From: an uncultured virus (IMG/VR IMGVR_UViG_3300025327_000016)
Lineage: Duplodnaviria > Heunggongvirae > Uroviricota > Caudoviricetes
Strand: one strand, 5' to 3'
Virus record (IMG/VR): IMGVR_UViG_3300025327_000016
Coordinates: 62,001 to 99,839 of that record
DNA: 37,839 nucleotides
Position 1 is the first letter of the stretch, and each line of letters opens with the position of its first letter. Of the stretch, positions 10,427-19,548 are shown in pieces. The notes beneath the pieces were generated by a model. It did not search any database. It was not told the DNA's origin and worked only from the letters and a program-made list of their open reading frames with translations. The position numbers and the translations under genes are program-made.

Positions 10427-10747
10427 ATGTCTGAAACTATCATTTTAGAAAGTCCAGCTGGGTTCCTATGGGAACTGACTATTGATAATGATGGGGCATT
10501 GCTTACTGCTCAGATATTTCCATCGGTTGTATTGCCTAGGCCCCAGAACTTTTATCGTAACCTTTCCTTTAGAGGAGCGATAAGTTCCTTTGATCTAAAT
10601 CAGGAAATGTTAGGTACGATATGTGACCTTGAGCAGCTGGCTAATGTAGGGTTACAACCCACTGTAGTTACTAGAGACGATGAAAATTTTCGTAGATTAG
10701 ATAGAATAGATAGTATGTTAAAACTTATGATAAGGGCGAGAGCTTAG
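10427..10747 (+). CDS. small tail-associated protein
   Basis: LESPAGFLWELTIDNDGAL motif is shared with 33165..33371; FRGAISS resembles FRGPSNS of the next gene. Confidence 0.55.
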   Translation: MSETIILESPAGFLWELTIDNDGALLTAQIFPSVVLPRPQNFYRNLSFRGAISSFDLNQEMLGTICDLEQLANVGLQPTVVTRDDENFRRLDRIDSMLKLMIRARA

Positions 10748-11902
10748 ATGTCACTTAAAAGTAAACAAACAACTCTGAAATTTCGTGGACCGTCTAATAG
10801 CCACATATTTAATACGTTTTTTAAGAATGCACACGACGATATGTTTGAGTTATTCAGAGAGATTATGGCCCAGAATGATGAGACATTAAAAGTTAATCGC
10901 ATACTTACCAACGAGAATACTGCTCTTAAGCAGAAGATAGTGGAATTAGAAAGCAAAGTAATTAATCTTAATACTTTCTTTACTTCTCTAACTAACCCCG
11001 ATGGTATCAAGTCACAGATTACAACATACTATGACAACACAATCACTTCCTATGGTGGATTTCCATCATATGATATGCTAATTCCACAAGACCAAGCTCA
11101 ACACAATACCATATATGGACAGTTAATACCACATGTTCTTAGCTCATCTAGCAAACTATATCTTTACGATACCTTAGCTGATACTACGGTGTTCCCAGAT
11201 GGAATCATATCTATTAGTGATACGGCTGGCTTAATACAACCTCAGGAAGATCCTAAGCTTGCTATAGATGGCAATGACAGTACATACTGGGAACGTCAGG
11301 TACTATACTCTCCTACGTCAAATGTTGTTTCTGAACTAGCTGAAGTAACTATCCTTCTTCCTCAGAGAATAATTAATACCTTAGATACCAATACAATTAT
11401 CGTAGATCCATATCCAGAATTCTCTTTAGATATATTAAGCGTCAAGGTTATTAGTGTTACTGGCATAGAGACAGAACTATTATCAGAACCTCTACTGAAT
11501 GCTCCAAGGCAGCGTTTTGTATTTGATAGCACGCCAGCTATCCAAGTGCGTGTTATATTTCGTCAGCGGCACTTCGAACTTCTAGGAAGTCATAAGGTGT
11601 TTTCCTTAGGTGCCAGAAATATTAATGTGTTAAACAGTAGGTTTTCAGATACTTCTAAGATACTAACTAATTTTACCTTATCAACCAATAATTACAAATC
11701 TATAGAAGCTATTTATCCTGAAGAGGTAGAGGGTATTACATACAATATCTACTATGTAGGTGCAGATAATGACATTCATCAAACAGGATTAATGTCATCT
11801 ATACCCTTAGGTGTTAATAGTATATATATCGAAACCATATTAGAGGGTGTGAGTCACCCAGTATTACCATCATGTACCATAGACTATACTACGTGGGCAT
11901 AA
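10748..11902 (+). CDS. virion structural protein (paralog family member 4, compact)
   Basis: Coiled coil, then LAIDGNDSTYW, IIVDPYP, VIFRQRHF and FSLGARNI. Confidence 0.6.
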   Translation: MSLKSKQTTLKFRGPSNSHIFNTFFKNAHDDMFELFREIMAQNDETLKVNRILTNENTALKQKIVELESKVINLNTFFTSLTNPDGIKSQITTYYDNTITSYGGFPSYDMLIPQDQAQHNTIYGQLIPHVLSSSSKLYLYDTLADTTVFPDGIISISDTAGLIQPQEDPKLAIDGNDSTYWERQVLYSPTSNVVSELAEVTILLPQRIINTLDTNTIIVDPYPEFSLDILSVKVISVTGIETELLSEPLLNAPRQRFVFDSTPAIQVRVIFRQRHFELLGSHKVFSLGARNINVLNSRFSDTSKILTNFTLSTNNYKSIEAIYPEEVEGITYNIYYVGADNDIHQTGLMSSIPLGVNSIYIETILEGVSHPVLPSCTIDYTTWA

Positions 11903-11919
11903 AACTACGTGGGCGTAAA
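11888..11919 (+). repeat. 16-bp tandem duplication overlapping a stop codon
   Basis: ACTACGTGGGCATAAA / ACTACGTGGGCGTAAA, one mismatch. Confidence 0.9.
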
Positions 11920-11927
11920 GGAAGACC

Positions 11928-12731
11928 ATGGCAGAATTAAGAAGCTTTAATGTACTACCAATAACTAGGTTGGTTCCTTCTTTTTGGAGAACAATAGTTG
12001 AATCTAACATTCAACGGTTTGGTGATGATATCTTAGATGAAGTACTTAACCTAAATGGTGGAGTAATGGTGGGGAATATTATCTTCTATCCTCTTCAAAC
12101 CTTTGATAGTTCAGCTATATTAATACCAGATCCTGTATATAATCATACGGGTATGTGGAATAGGCTTCCAGATCATATTAATGATGCATCTGTTCACCCA
12201 CTTATAAATGATTTAGTTCTCTTACAAGACACATCACCTTCTGCTCAAGACGGTAATATAAGCGTAGCTGGTTTTATAGAAGCAGGACTGGGATTTATAG
12301 GTATGGGGACGGGTTTATTTGGTATACCATCAAGTAGTGTGTTTGGACTAGATGCCCACCTAATGGCCTCATTTAATCCACATGGAGCAACTCTTACCCA
12401 AACAGAAATAGCTACTGACCTACTTGATGTTAATACATCTGCTTATATTGAGTTACTTGATGTGGGGACATCAGCTACAGGACAGTGGTATGAAGAAGTT
12501 ATGGGTACTCCTAGAAAGTTACTCGCTACTATAGTTGGTTCAGACACTACCCATATTGTACCAGGGGTACAAATATCAGTATACCATGGACTGGGTACTG
12601 TACCTACATTTATTACACTAACATCTAAAGATGGTGGCACAGTATATCTATCAGCACCATCAGATCCAGCTTACTTTTATATCAAAGGATCTATTGCCTC
12701 ATTACCATTTGATTGGAAGGTAGAAGTATAA
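11928..12731 (+). CDS. tail-associated protein
   Basis: C-terminal beta domain with YHGLGTVP motif (HGLG.xP is common at phage fibre C-termini); structural context. Confidence 0.5.
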   Translation: MAELRSFNVLPITRLVPSFWRTIVESNIQRFGDDILDEVLNLNGGVMVGNIIFYPLQTFDSSAILIPDPVYNHTGMWNRLPDHINDASVHPLINDLVLLQDTSPSAQDGNISVAGFIEAGLGFIGMGTGLFGIPSSSVFGLDAHLMASFNPHGATLTQTEIATDLLDVNTSAYIELLDVGTSATGQWYEEVMGTPRKLLATIVGSDTTHIVPGVQISVYHGLGTVPTFITLTSKDGGTVYLSAPSDPAYFYIKGSIASLPFDWKVEV

Positions 12732-13066
12732 TGGCACCTACAGACAATTTTGAAGAATTTGCAGCTAAGGTTGAAGCCCTAGAAGAAGATGTTAGAGATC
12801 TCAAAAAGGATATGCATGCTGAGATTCACGACATCAACCTAAAGGTTGATCGTCTCGCAGAAGCACTAGCAACCATTACAGAGAAGCTAGTATCACGTCC
12901 AGAGATACGTACATTGGATACCAACATAAGCCATCGTATAGAAGCTGGTGAGAAACAAGTAGAGAAATTAGATGGTAGGATGTGGGCCCTTGTTATAGCT
13001 CTGTTCTTAAACTTCCTTTCAACAGGTGGTTACTTTCTTATTAACCTACTTATGAAGGGGCGTTAA
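12731..13066 (+). CDS. holin-like / XhlA-like protein (coiled coil plus one C-terminal TM helix)
   Basis: Start reassigned to ATG 12731 (TAATG overlap with the upstream stop). Hydrophobic MWALVIALFLNFLSTGGYFLINLL near the C-terminus; directly upstream of the amidase. Confidence 0.6.
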   Translation: MAPTDNFEEFAAKVEALEEDVRDLKKDMHAEIHDINLKVDRLAEALATITEKLVSRPEIRTLDTNISHRIEAGEKQVEKLDGRMWALVIALFLNFLSTGGYFLINLLMKGR

Positions 13067-13557
13067 TGAGTGTATTGTATGGATGTATCCATCACACCGC
13101 ATCGTCTGAGATGACACGCGAACAATTAAAATCCATAGAACTCAACAACGGATTTAGCGACATACCATATCATTGGATAATACATCGCAATGGTATCGTA
13201 GAACTAGGTAGGCCAGAATCAGTTAAGAACGCAGCAAACTATGGACTTAATGGTATTTCTGTGTCTGTAGCTCTTTTAGGCTACTTCCATGACGATTCCT
13301 TAGGCAAGAAGGTTAATATGCTTACGCCTACAGACGCTCAACTTAACTCACTATATAAAGTCATAGAAGGTTGGACACAGAGATACTCAGGCATAACCAT
13401 ATGTCGCCACAGAGATGTTAAAGATATAGCCAACAAAGTACTTAAGTTAAGTATAGCAGAGTCTCAAATGGCTACAGCTTGCCCAGGTTCCTTCTTCCCT
13501 TCAGCCCAGGTTAAAACAATACTTACAACCAAGGGTATTAAGGTTTATTGGAAATAG
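13066..13557 (+). CDS. endolysin, N-acetylmuramoyl-L-alanine amidase (Amidase_2 / T7 lysozyme-like)
   Basis: IHHTAS, PYHWII..G....GRP, HRD and TACPG Zn-amidase motifs. No cell-wall-binding domain. Confidence 0.88.
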   Translation: MSVLYGCIHHTASSEMTREQLKSIELNNGFSDIPYHWIIHRNGIVELGRPESVKNAANYGLNGISVSVALLGYFHDDSLGKKVNMLTPTDAQLNSLYKVIEGWTQRYSGITICRHRDVKDIANKVLKLSIAESQMATACPGSFFPSAQVKTILTTKGIKVYWK

Positions 13558-13559
13558 GG

Positions 13560-13588
13560 TTGACTAACCACATCTCTCTTGTTATACT
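13560..13588 (+). promoter_or_regulatory. sigma70/sigmaA-type promoter with extended -10, driving the glycosyltransferase cassette
   Basis: TTGACT (13560-13565), 17 nt spacer, TATACT (13583-13588), TG at 13580-13581. Confidence 0.75.
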
Positions 13589-13597
13589 AATAAGGAG

Positions 13598-14716
13598 ATG
13601 ATAACTAAACCCTCTATGGTATTTTACAGTGGTGCCCAAGGTGGTTGCGACTTCTATAGATGTCAGCAACCCTTTTCTATTATACGCAAATATCAACCTG
13701 ATTGGACCAGTGCTAAGCTTAATCGCGTACATATAAGTAGTGATATGCAGCAATACAATATCACACATACCTATCGTAGTCATTTACCCATCATGCTCAA
13801 GGTATTTAAGCAAGCTAACACATTAGGTAAGATTACCATCTTTGACTTAGATGACGATGTATTTCATATGCCTTCTTGGAATCAAGCTTATATAGAGTAT
13901 CGTCCTGGTATAGTTAAAGTGCAATTAACACCTGCGATGCAAGCACACTTTAAACGCCCTTACATAGAATATAATGTTCTAGACAATATCCATCAGTTAA
14001 TTAATAAGTCTACGTTTGCTACGGCCAGTACGCCATATCTAGCCAGTGAGATGGCTAAGCATCGAGATGATGGTATGGTATATGTGGTGCCCAATTTTAT
14101 AGATGTAGATAATCTCCCACACATACCCACTAAGACACCAAGAGACATTATTAAATTGGGTTGGTCGGGTGGATATAACCACGAAGAAGATCTTAAGATA
14201 GCTCTACCTGCTGTAGAACAAATACTTCATCAATATCCAAATACCACCTTCACATTTATAGGTGCAGATTATAGAAGACTAATGAAGAACCCACCCAGCG
14301 ACAGAGTATTTTATGTAAAAGGTAGCGCACTTGTGCCAGAATACTATCAGCTCCAAGCAGACGAGCAAATAGATATAGGAATCATACCTGTTACAGACGA
14401 TCTAATTAATCTAAGTAAAAGTCCTATTAAGTGGATCGAGCATACTATGGCAGGTATGTCTACGATAGCTTCACCTATTGGATCGTACGCTGATAACATA
14501 CAACACCAAAAAACAGGATGGCTAGTTAAAAAAAATAAGCATATAGAGTGGGTCAAGGGCATAGAGTATATGATAAATAACGTAGAAGAAGCACGAGCAT
14601 ACGTAAGTAATGCTCGGCAGGATATACTAAATAAACATACCATGAGTAATGCAGCAGACATATTAATACCATTATTGGAGAAACATATATATGAAACTTT
14701 GTCTGTTACCTCCTAG
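13598..14716 (+). CDS. glycosyltransferase, GT-B fold (GT4-like, phage type)
   Basis: FDLDDD, ASTPYL, VPNFID, LGWSGGYNHEEDL, DIGIIP and KSPIKWIE...AG motifs. Confidence 0.82.
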   Translation: MITKPSMVFYSGAQGGCDFYRCQQPFSIIRKYQPDWTSAKLNRVHISSDMQQYNITHTYRSHLPIMLKVFKQANTLGKITIFDLDDDVFHMPSWNQAYIEYRPGIVKVQLTPAMQAHFKRPYIEYNVLDNIHQLINKSTFATASTPYLASEMAKHRDDGMVYVVPNFIDVDNLPHIPTKTPRDIIKLGWSGGYNHEEDLKIALPAVEQILHQYPNTTFTFIGADYRRLMKNPPSDRVFYVKGSALVPEYYQLQADEQIDIGIIPVTDDLINLSKSPIKWIEHTMAGMSTIASPIGSYADNIQHQKTGWLVKKNKHIEWVKGIEYMINNVEEARAYVSNARQDILNKHTMSNAADILIPLLEKHIYETLSVTS

Positions 14717-15566
14717 AACCATAGCTAGTGGTGGTGTATTGCGCCACCTAGATGCAATTAGAAGATATACTAAACACACAGTAGTGGATGCGCCTGCTGG
14801 CGCAGACATAGTACACGTACACGCTGGGTGGTCATCACTACGTAGAGATATTTATACGTGTCATGGGTTAAATATTATAACTAAAGACACACCCTATTAC
14901 TTTGTACGTGAGAACCAAATAGTAGAACAAAACCTGCGAAATTCACCTATTAATCTTACAGTATCTAATTGTTTTGCGTCAGCCCTTCAACAGAAGGGCT
15001 TCCGTATAGATTTTGTTATACCAAATGGCACTGACATTAATTACAACATACAACCAGTGTATGAACCTTTTGTACTTTGGTTGGGTAGACTAGACCCAAT
15101 TAAGCGTCCAGAGGAGCTAATACATATAGCCAACGAAGTGCCAAATCTTAAGTTTGTGGCTACCCTACCACAGGTTTGTGAAAAGCAAGCCAAACATGGT
15201 AATGTAGCTTGCGTGGGTGAAAACATACCCTTTCCATTAGCTCAAGATTTACTTCGTAGATGTAGTGTTTATCTACTTACCTCTGAGCTTGAAACATTTA
15301 GCATTAGTATATTAGAGGCATGGGCTATGCATAAACCAGTTGTAGCTAGACGTATGAGTGGGGCGCCAGCAGAGCTAATACGTGAAGGTATAGATGGTAT
15401 GCTTTACGATAATATTAAAGATGCTATAACTCAAATAGATAAGTGTCTTAGTAAACCTAAGTACTATGGATATGCTGGTTTTGAACATGTTCAAGATTTT
15501 TTATGGAAAGATATAATAAAAATAGTTGACGAGGTATACGGTTTATGCAATATAGCCCGCAAGTAA
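14691..15566 (+). CDS. glycosyltransferase family 4
   Basis: GGV..H, DIVHVH, VIPNG, LGRLDPIKRP and ETFSISILEAWAMHKPVV (E-x7-E motif). Confidence 0.88.
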   Translation: MKLCLLPPRTIASGGVLRHLDAIRRYTKHTVVDAPAGADIVHVHAGWSSLRRDIYTCHGLNIITKDTPYYFVRENQIVEQNLRNSPINLTVSNCFASALQQKGFRIDFVIPNGTDINYNIQPVYEPFVLWLGRLDPIKRPEELIHIANEVPNLKFVATLPQVCEKQAKHGNVACVGENIPFPLAQDLLRRCSVYLLTSELETFSISILEAWAMHKPVVARRMSGAPAELIREGIDGMLYDNIKDAITQIDKCLSKPKYYGYAGFEHVQDFLWKDIIKIVDEVYGLCNIARK

Positions 15567-16357
15567 GCATAATAGTAATGAATCACAATAGGGTACAATT
15601 ACTTAAGAAGTGTATAGATAGCATATTGCAACATACCAATGATGTAGACTACGAACTTATCATAGTAGATGCTTGTTCTACGGATAGTAGCCGACAGTTT
15701 TTATTACAACATTATTCCAACAACGCTACGCTTATCTTTGAAGACAAACTACACTGCTATGCTACAAGTAATAATCGCGCAATAGGATTATCGCGAGGTA
15801 AGCACCTTGCTCTTATGAATAATGATTGTATGGCTACGCCAGGCTGGATAAGTAATGGTATTAAAGCAATGCAGGAAGATGACAAGATAGGACACCTAGC
15901 TCACCTAGTACTGCGTGGTGACAGGTATTCTATTATGAGCCATGGTGCGAACCTAGTCGCTAATGGTGACACAAGAGTACCTTTATGTCAATCCAATCTA
16001 AGTAATCCTGCTTGGAAGCAAGCAGGTAACTATGCTTACGCTGGATTTGGAATATACCGAAGAGATTTATTTGATAAGATAGGCGGGATATGTGAAGAGT
16101 ATGATAATCCTCCAAGCTATTTTCAGGATACACATTATGGATTAATGGTTAATATGCTAGGGTATGATGTTAGATATTGCCCAGAAAGTGTTATAATTCA
16201 CTACATGGATCATACGGACAGAGAACATTTTAATGGTGCTCTAGTACAGGGTAAGGGACCATTCGTGAAGTACTGGAGTAAGTTCTTAGCAGAGAACGGA
16301 GGGTACGCTCCCTCATATCCCAAGCTACCTAACGAATCTAAACCATATATGAGTTAA
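15545..16357 (+). CDS. glycosyltransferase family 2
   Basis: VSIIVMNHN, LIIVDACSTD, NNRAI, MNND, YFQDTHY and IIH motifs. Confidence 0.88.
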   Translation: MQYSPQVSIIVMNHNRVQLLKKCIDSILQHTNDVDYELIIVDACSTDSSRQFLLQHYSNNATLIFEDKLHCYATSNNRAIGLSRGKHLALMNNDCMATPGWISNGIKAMQEDDKIGHLAHLVLRGDRYSIMSHGANLVANGDTRVPLCQSNLSNPAWKQAGNYAYAGFGIYRRDLFDKIGGICEEYDNPPSYFQDTHYGLMVNMLGYDVRYCPESVIIHYMDHTDREHFNGALVQGKGPFVKYWSKFLAENGGYAPSYPKLPNESKPYMS

Positions 16358-16372
16358 GAGGAGACTACTAAT

Positions 16373-16612
16373 ATGATAGATAAGCAAGACAATACTAATT
16401 ACACACATATTGGAGATTGCTCCGAAGAGTTACCTAAACCTATAGTAATGAGTAATATTAAATTGACAGATAGCTATTATAATGACGTACAAATACTTGC
16501 AACAGAAGAACAAGTGAAGCGTATAGAAGCTAAGTTAGATGTCATCCTCAAGCTATTAACTGATGAGAACGGCAATCCAAAACATTCCTCTCGCTGGTGT
16601 TGGAAAGACTAA
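16373..16612 (+). CDS. hypothetical protein (79 aa)
   Basis: GAGGAG Shine-Dalgarno; short helical segment VKRIEAKLDVILKLL. Confidence 0.55.
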   Translation: MIDKQDNTNYTHIGDCSEELPKPIVMSNIKLTDSYYNDVQILATEEQVKRIEAKLDVILKLLTDENGNPKHSSRWCWKD

Positions 16613-16634
16613 ACCCTCTTGGTAGGTACTTATC

Positions 16635-17576
16635 TTGCGTGGTATTGTAGTAGTCGAATCTCTTTTAGAAGGCAACCTATTCCATAGTATATGGAAAGCG
16701 TTTAGCAAACAGGTAGGAGCTATACCTTTTCTTTTAACAGCCAAAGATCATAGATTACAACAACACTTAATAGAAACAATCAACACATATAAGCCAGACT
16801 TTATAGTTGTACCCAATGGTCAATTTTTAGACAACAAAATACTAAAAGCTTATACAAATATAGTACGTATTAATTGGCAAATAGATGATCCTTACTTTAT
16901 CCAGCAACAACGTTCTCAACAGATAGCTTCCAATTATCACCTAGTATATACAACGCACCTAGCCTCTACCTTTACATATAATCAAATGAATATTCAATCT
17001 AAATACCTTATGTTTGGAGTAGATCCTGAAGTCTATAAGCCACTACCCAATACACCCAAAACAATTGATATATCATTTATTGGTACACCATATACGCAAC
17101 GAGAAAGTATGTTGCGTTCAGCTAAATTAAGTAACCACCTATCTAAATACAATTTTCAAATAATGGGTGGTTACGGAACCAAGTCTCCTACATGGACAGA
17201 TAAACATAGATTAGATCCGATAGATGTAAACCAGGTTATTAATCGTACTAAGATTAATTTATCTTTTACTGATCAACCACATGGTATTGCGGCTATGAAG
17301 TGTAGATTATTTGAACTCACAGCTGCAGGTGGTTTTGTACTAACACAGTTCTGTCAAGAACTCTCTAGGTTCTTTGATCTAGGTAGGGAGATAGCTACTT
17401 TTCAAACAGCAGCTGACCTTATAGATCGTTTAAATTACTATATGCAGCATCCAGATGAAGCACAGTCAATAGCTAACGCTGGATATAGAAGAACAATTAA
17501 TTACCACACATATGATAAACGCATACAGATTATTCTAAGTGATATAGAAGGCATTTTATATAACATAAGGAAATAA
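16635..17576 (+). CDS. CgeB-family (Glyco_trans_1_2-like) glycosyltransferase
   Basis: WQIDDP, GVDPEVYKP, DISFIGT, KINL, RLFELTAAGGFVLT and I...GY.R....HTY..R motifs; TTG start. Confidence 0.85.
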   Translation: MRGIVVVESLLEGNLFHSIWKAFSKQVGAIPFLLTAKDHRLQQHLIETINTYKPDFIVVPNGQFLDNKILKAYTNIVRINWQIDDPYFIQQQRSQQIASNYHLVYTTHLASTFTYNQMNIQSKYLMFGVDPEVYKPLPNTPKTIDISFIGTPYTQRESMLRSAKLSNHLSKYNFQIMGGYGTKSPTWTDKHRLDPIDVNQVINRTKINLSFTDQPHGIAAMKCRLFELTAAGGFVLTQFCQELSRFFDLGREIATFQTAADLIDRLNYYMQHPDEAQSIANAGYRRTINYHTYDKRIQIILSDIEGILYNIRK

Positions 17577-17588
17577 AGGAGGGTAAAT

Positions 17589-18656
17589 ATGATCGGTATT
17601 ATTTCATATAGCGGAAATGGTAATCTAGGAGACAATCTATTACTCGATCAGGTTATTGCAGATTTTAAAGAGATAAATCCTATGTGTGAATTTGCAGCAT
17701 GTTCTCCTTGCAGTGATGCTATCGTAAATAGATATGGTCTTAAACGAGTTACCTCACGAGACGAATTAGACGGCTCAGTTATTTTTGGTGGCGTAGTGGG
17801 TGACGCGCAGCGCAATATCCTTAAGAATTTTTTTGAAACATTTAGATATATGGAAGATCAGGGTAAGCCCGCTATCTTTTATGGTATAGGTGTTAATCCA
17901 ATAACTACAGCTCTCAGTGCTGATATTATCTATGATGTTATACAAAATGCTACCTTAGTAACGGTGCGAGATCAGATGTCATATAGACGCCTTAGACAAA
18001 TAGGAGTAACCAGAGATATAATTATAGCTCCTGACATAGTCCTTCAAAGACAAATGAATCTTCATACTACCATCCAACCAGAGGGTATACTGTTTATTAT
18101 GGCCGACTTCTTTGGATATGACAATACTAGGCATGAAGATTTTATACATACATTAGCCGCAACAGTTGACTATTTTGCTAAGAAGAAAACAAAAGTCAGT
18201 GTTATGTCTTTTCATGACTCACGCGATCAGAAATGCATACAAGCCATACAGTTTAATTCTGTATACGCACATAGAGTTAATTGGTTAACGGTTAAAGAAC
18301 ATGATTATCAAAGGATGTTTAATATATTCGAAGAACATACCTGCATAGTACCTATGCGATTACATGCTATGATATCAGCCATACTTGTTGGTAGACCATG
18401 CGTACCCATAGCCTACCACACAAAGATGGATGAGCTGGCTGAGATGGCCCTAATAGATTTCTATAGTATACCGTTTGGAGACGGAACATCAAGCGATCAT
18501 ACACGAATGCCTTTAGATCAAGAATTCCTATCAGAAAAAATAGAGAGAGTTATGTCAATTCCTTCATCACATGCATGTAAGGGATATGATAGAGTAAGGG
18601 AAGATAGTAAATTGCATTCCGTCTCACTTAGACAAGCTCTTCAAGGCAAGATATAA
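17589..18656 (+). CDS. polysaccharide pyruvyltransferase (CsaB/WcaK family)
   Basis: GNGNLGD, YGIGVNP, TVRDQMS, APD, MRLHAMI and IAY..K motifs of PS_pyruv_trans. Confidence 0.85.
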   Translation: MIGIISYSGNGNLGDNLLLDQVIADFKEINPMCEFAACSPCSDAIVNRYGLKRVTSRDELDGSVIFGGVVGDAQRNILKNFFETFRYMEDQGKPAIFYGIGVNPITTALSADIIYDVIQNATLVTVRDQMSYRRLRQIGVTRDIIIAPDIVLQRQMNLHTTIQPEGILFIMADFFGYDNTRHEDFIHTLAATVDYFAKKKTKVSVMSFHDSRDQKCIQAIQFNSVYAHRVNWLTVKEHDYQRMFNIFEEHTCIVPMRLHAMISAILVGRPCVPIAYHTKMDELAEMALIDFYSIPFGDGTSSDHTRMPLDQEFLSEKIERVMSIPSSHACKGYDRVREDSKLHSVSLRQALQGKI

Positions 18657-18657
18657 T

Positions 18658-19548
18658 ATGGCCAATATAGCTTTTATATCACATCACTATAATCTACCGT
18701 ATGATACGGTGCCCATAGGCGGAGTACAACATCATATCACTAAGATTACAGATAAGTTAAAGACCCGTGGACACAAAGTAGACTGGCACTATCATAATAA
18801 ATCTCAGTATATTAACTGGAAGCAATATACCCATGTAGTTTTCCATGACTTTTATTCATATTTAGAAACCCCACCTCACATACATAAGACCATGGTTTAC
18901 CATGGTTGGGAGGGTACATATCCTTTAAATAGAGATACAGTAGTAGGGCGTCAGCAACTTGCAGAGAAATGTAGTGGAATTATTAATATAGGTTCCTTCA
19001 TACCTCAACACTATAAAACACCATGGGGATTGGTGACCTATGGGGCTGTAGAGGGTAAGCCTGGATTATATAAACCATATAGTGGTACATATACCTATGT
19101 AGGAAGATTGAGTGATGATAATGCATTCCCTAAGGTGCTAGAATTTATAGAAGTGGTGCAAGCGCTTCATGTAGATATTTGCGGAGATGGACCCTACTAT
19201 GGTAAAATGATACAAGGCATTAATATGGTATATCATGGTTTTACAGATCCAACACCATATATTCAATCTAACTCTATAGTAATCGTAGGAGGATATCTGA
19301 CTATCCTAGATGCAGCTTTAGCAGCACGTCCCATAGTGGGACTATATCACCACGAATTACGTAGAGACTACTTAGAGATGCACCCAATGTATATCTATAC
19401 ATCAAACGATCCGCATCAATTAGCTAAAGACTTTCTTTCTCATGGAGAATTAAGTCGTAAAGAGCACGCATTAAAGAATCAGATAGGTGCAACTATGATG
19501 ACATGGGATATCGTAGCCGATTTATATGAGAGAGCCATGAGCATATGA
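18658..19548 (+). CDS. glycosyltransferase family 4-like (divergent)
   Basis: GGVQHH, L..RGHKV, YVGRL, ICGDGP, GYLTILDAALAARP and TWD..A.LY motifs. Confidence 0.75.
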   Translation: MANIAFISHHYNLPYDTVPIGGVQHHITKITDKLKTRGHKVDWHYHNKSQYINWKQYTHVVFHDFYSYLETPPHIHKTMVYHGWEGTYPLNRDTVVGRQQLAEKCSGIINIGSFIPQHYKTPWGLVTYGAVEGKPGLYKPYSGTYTYVGRLSDDNAFPKVLEFIEVVQALHVDICGDGPYYGKMIQGINMVYHGFTDPTPYIQSNSIVIVGGYLTILDAALAARPIVGLYHHELRRDYLEMHPMYIYTSNDPHQLAKDFLSHGELSRKEHALKNQIGATMMTWDIVADLYERAMSI

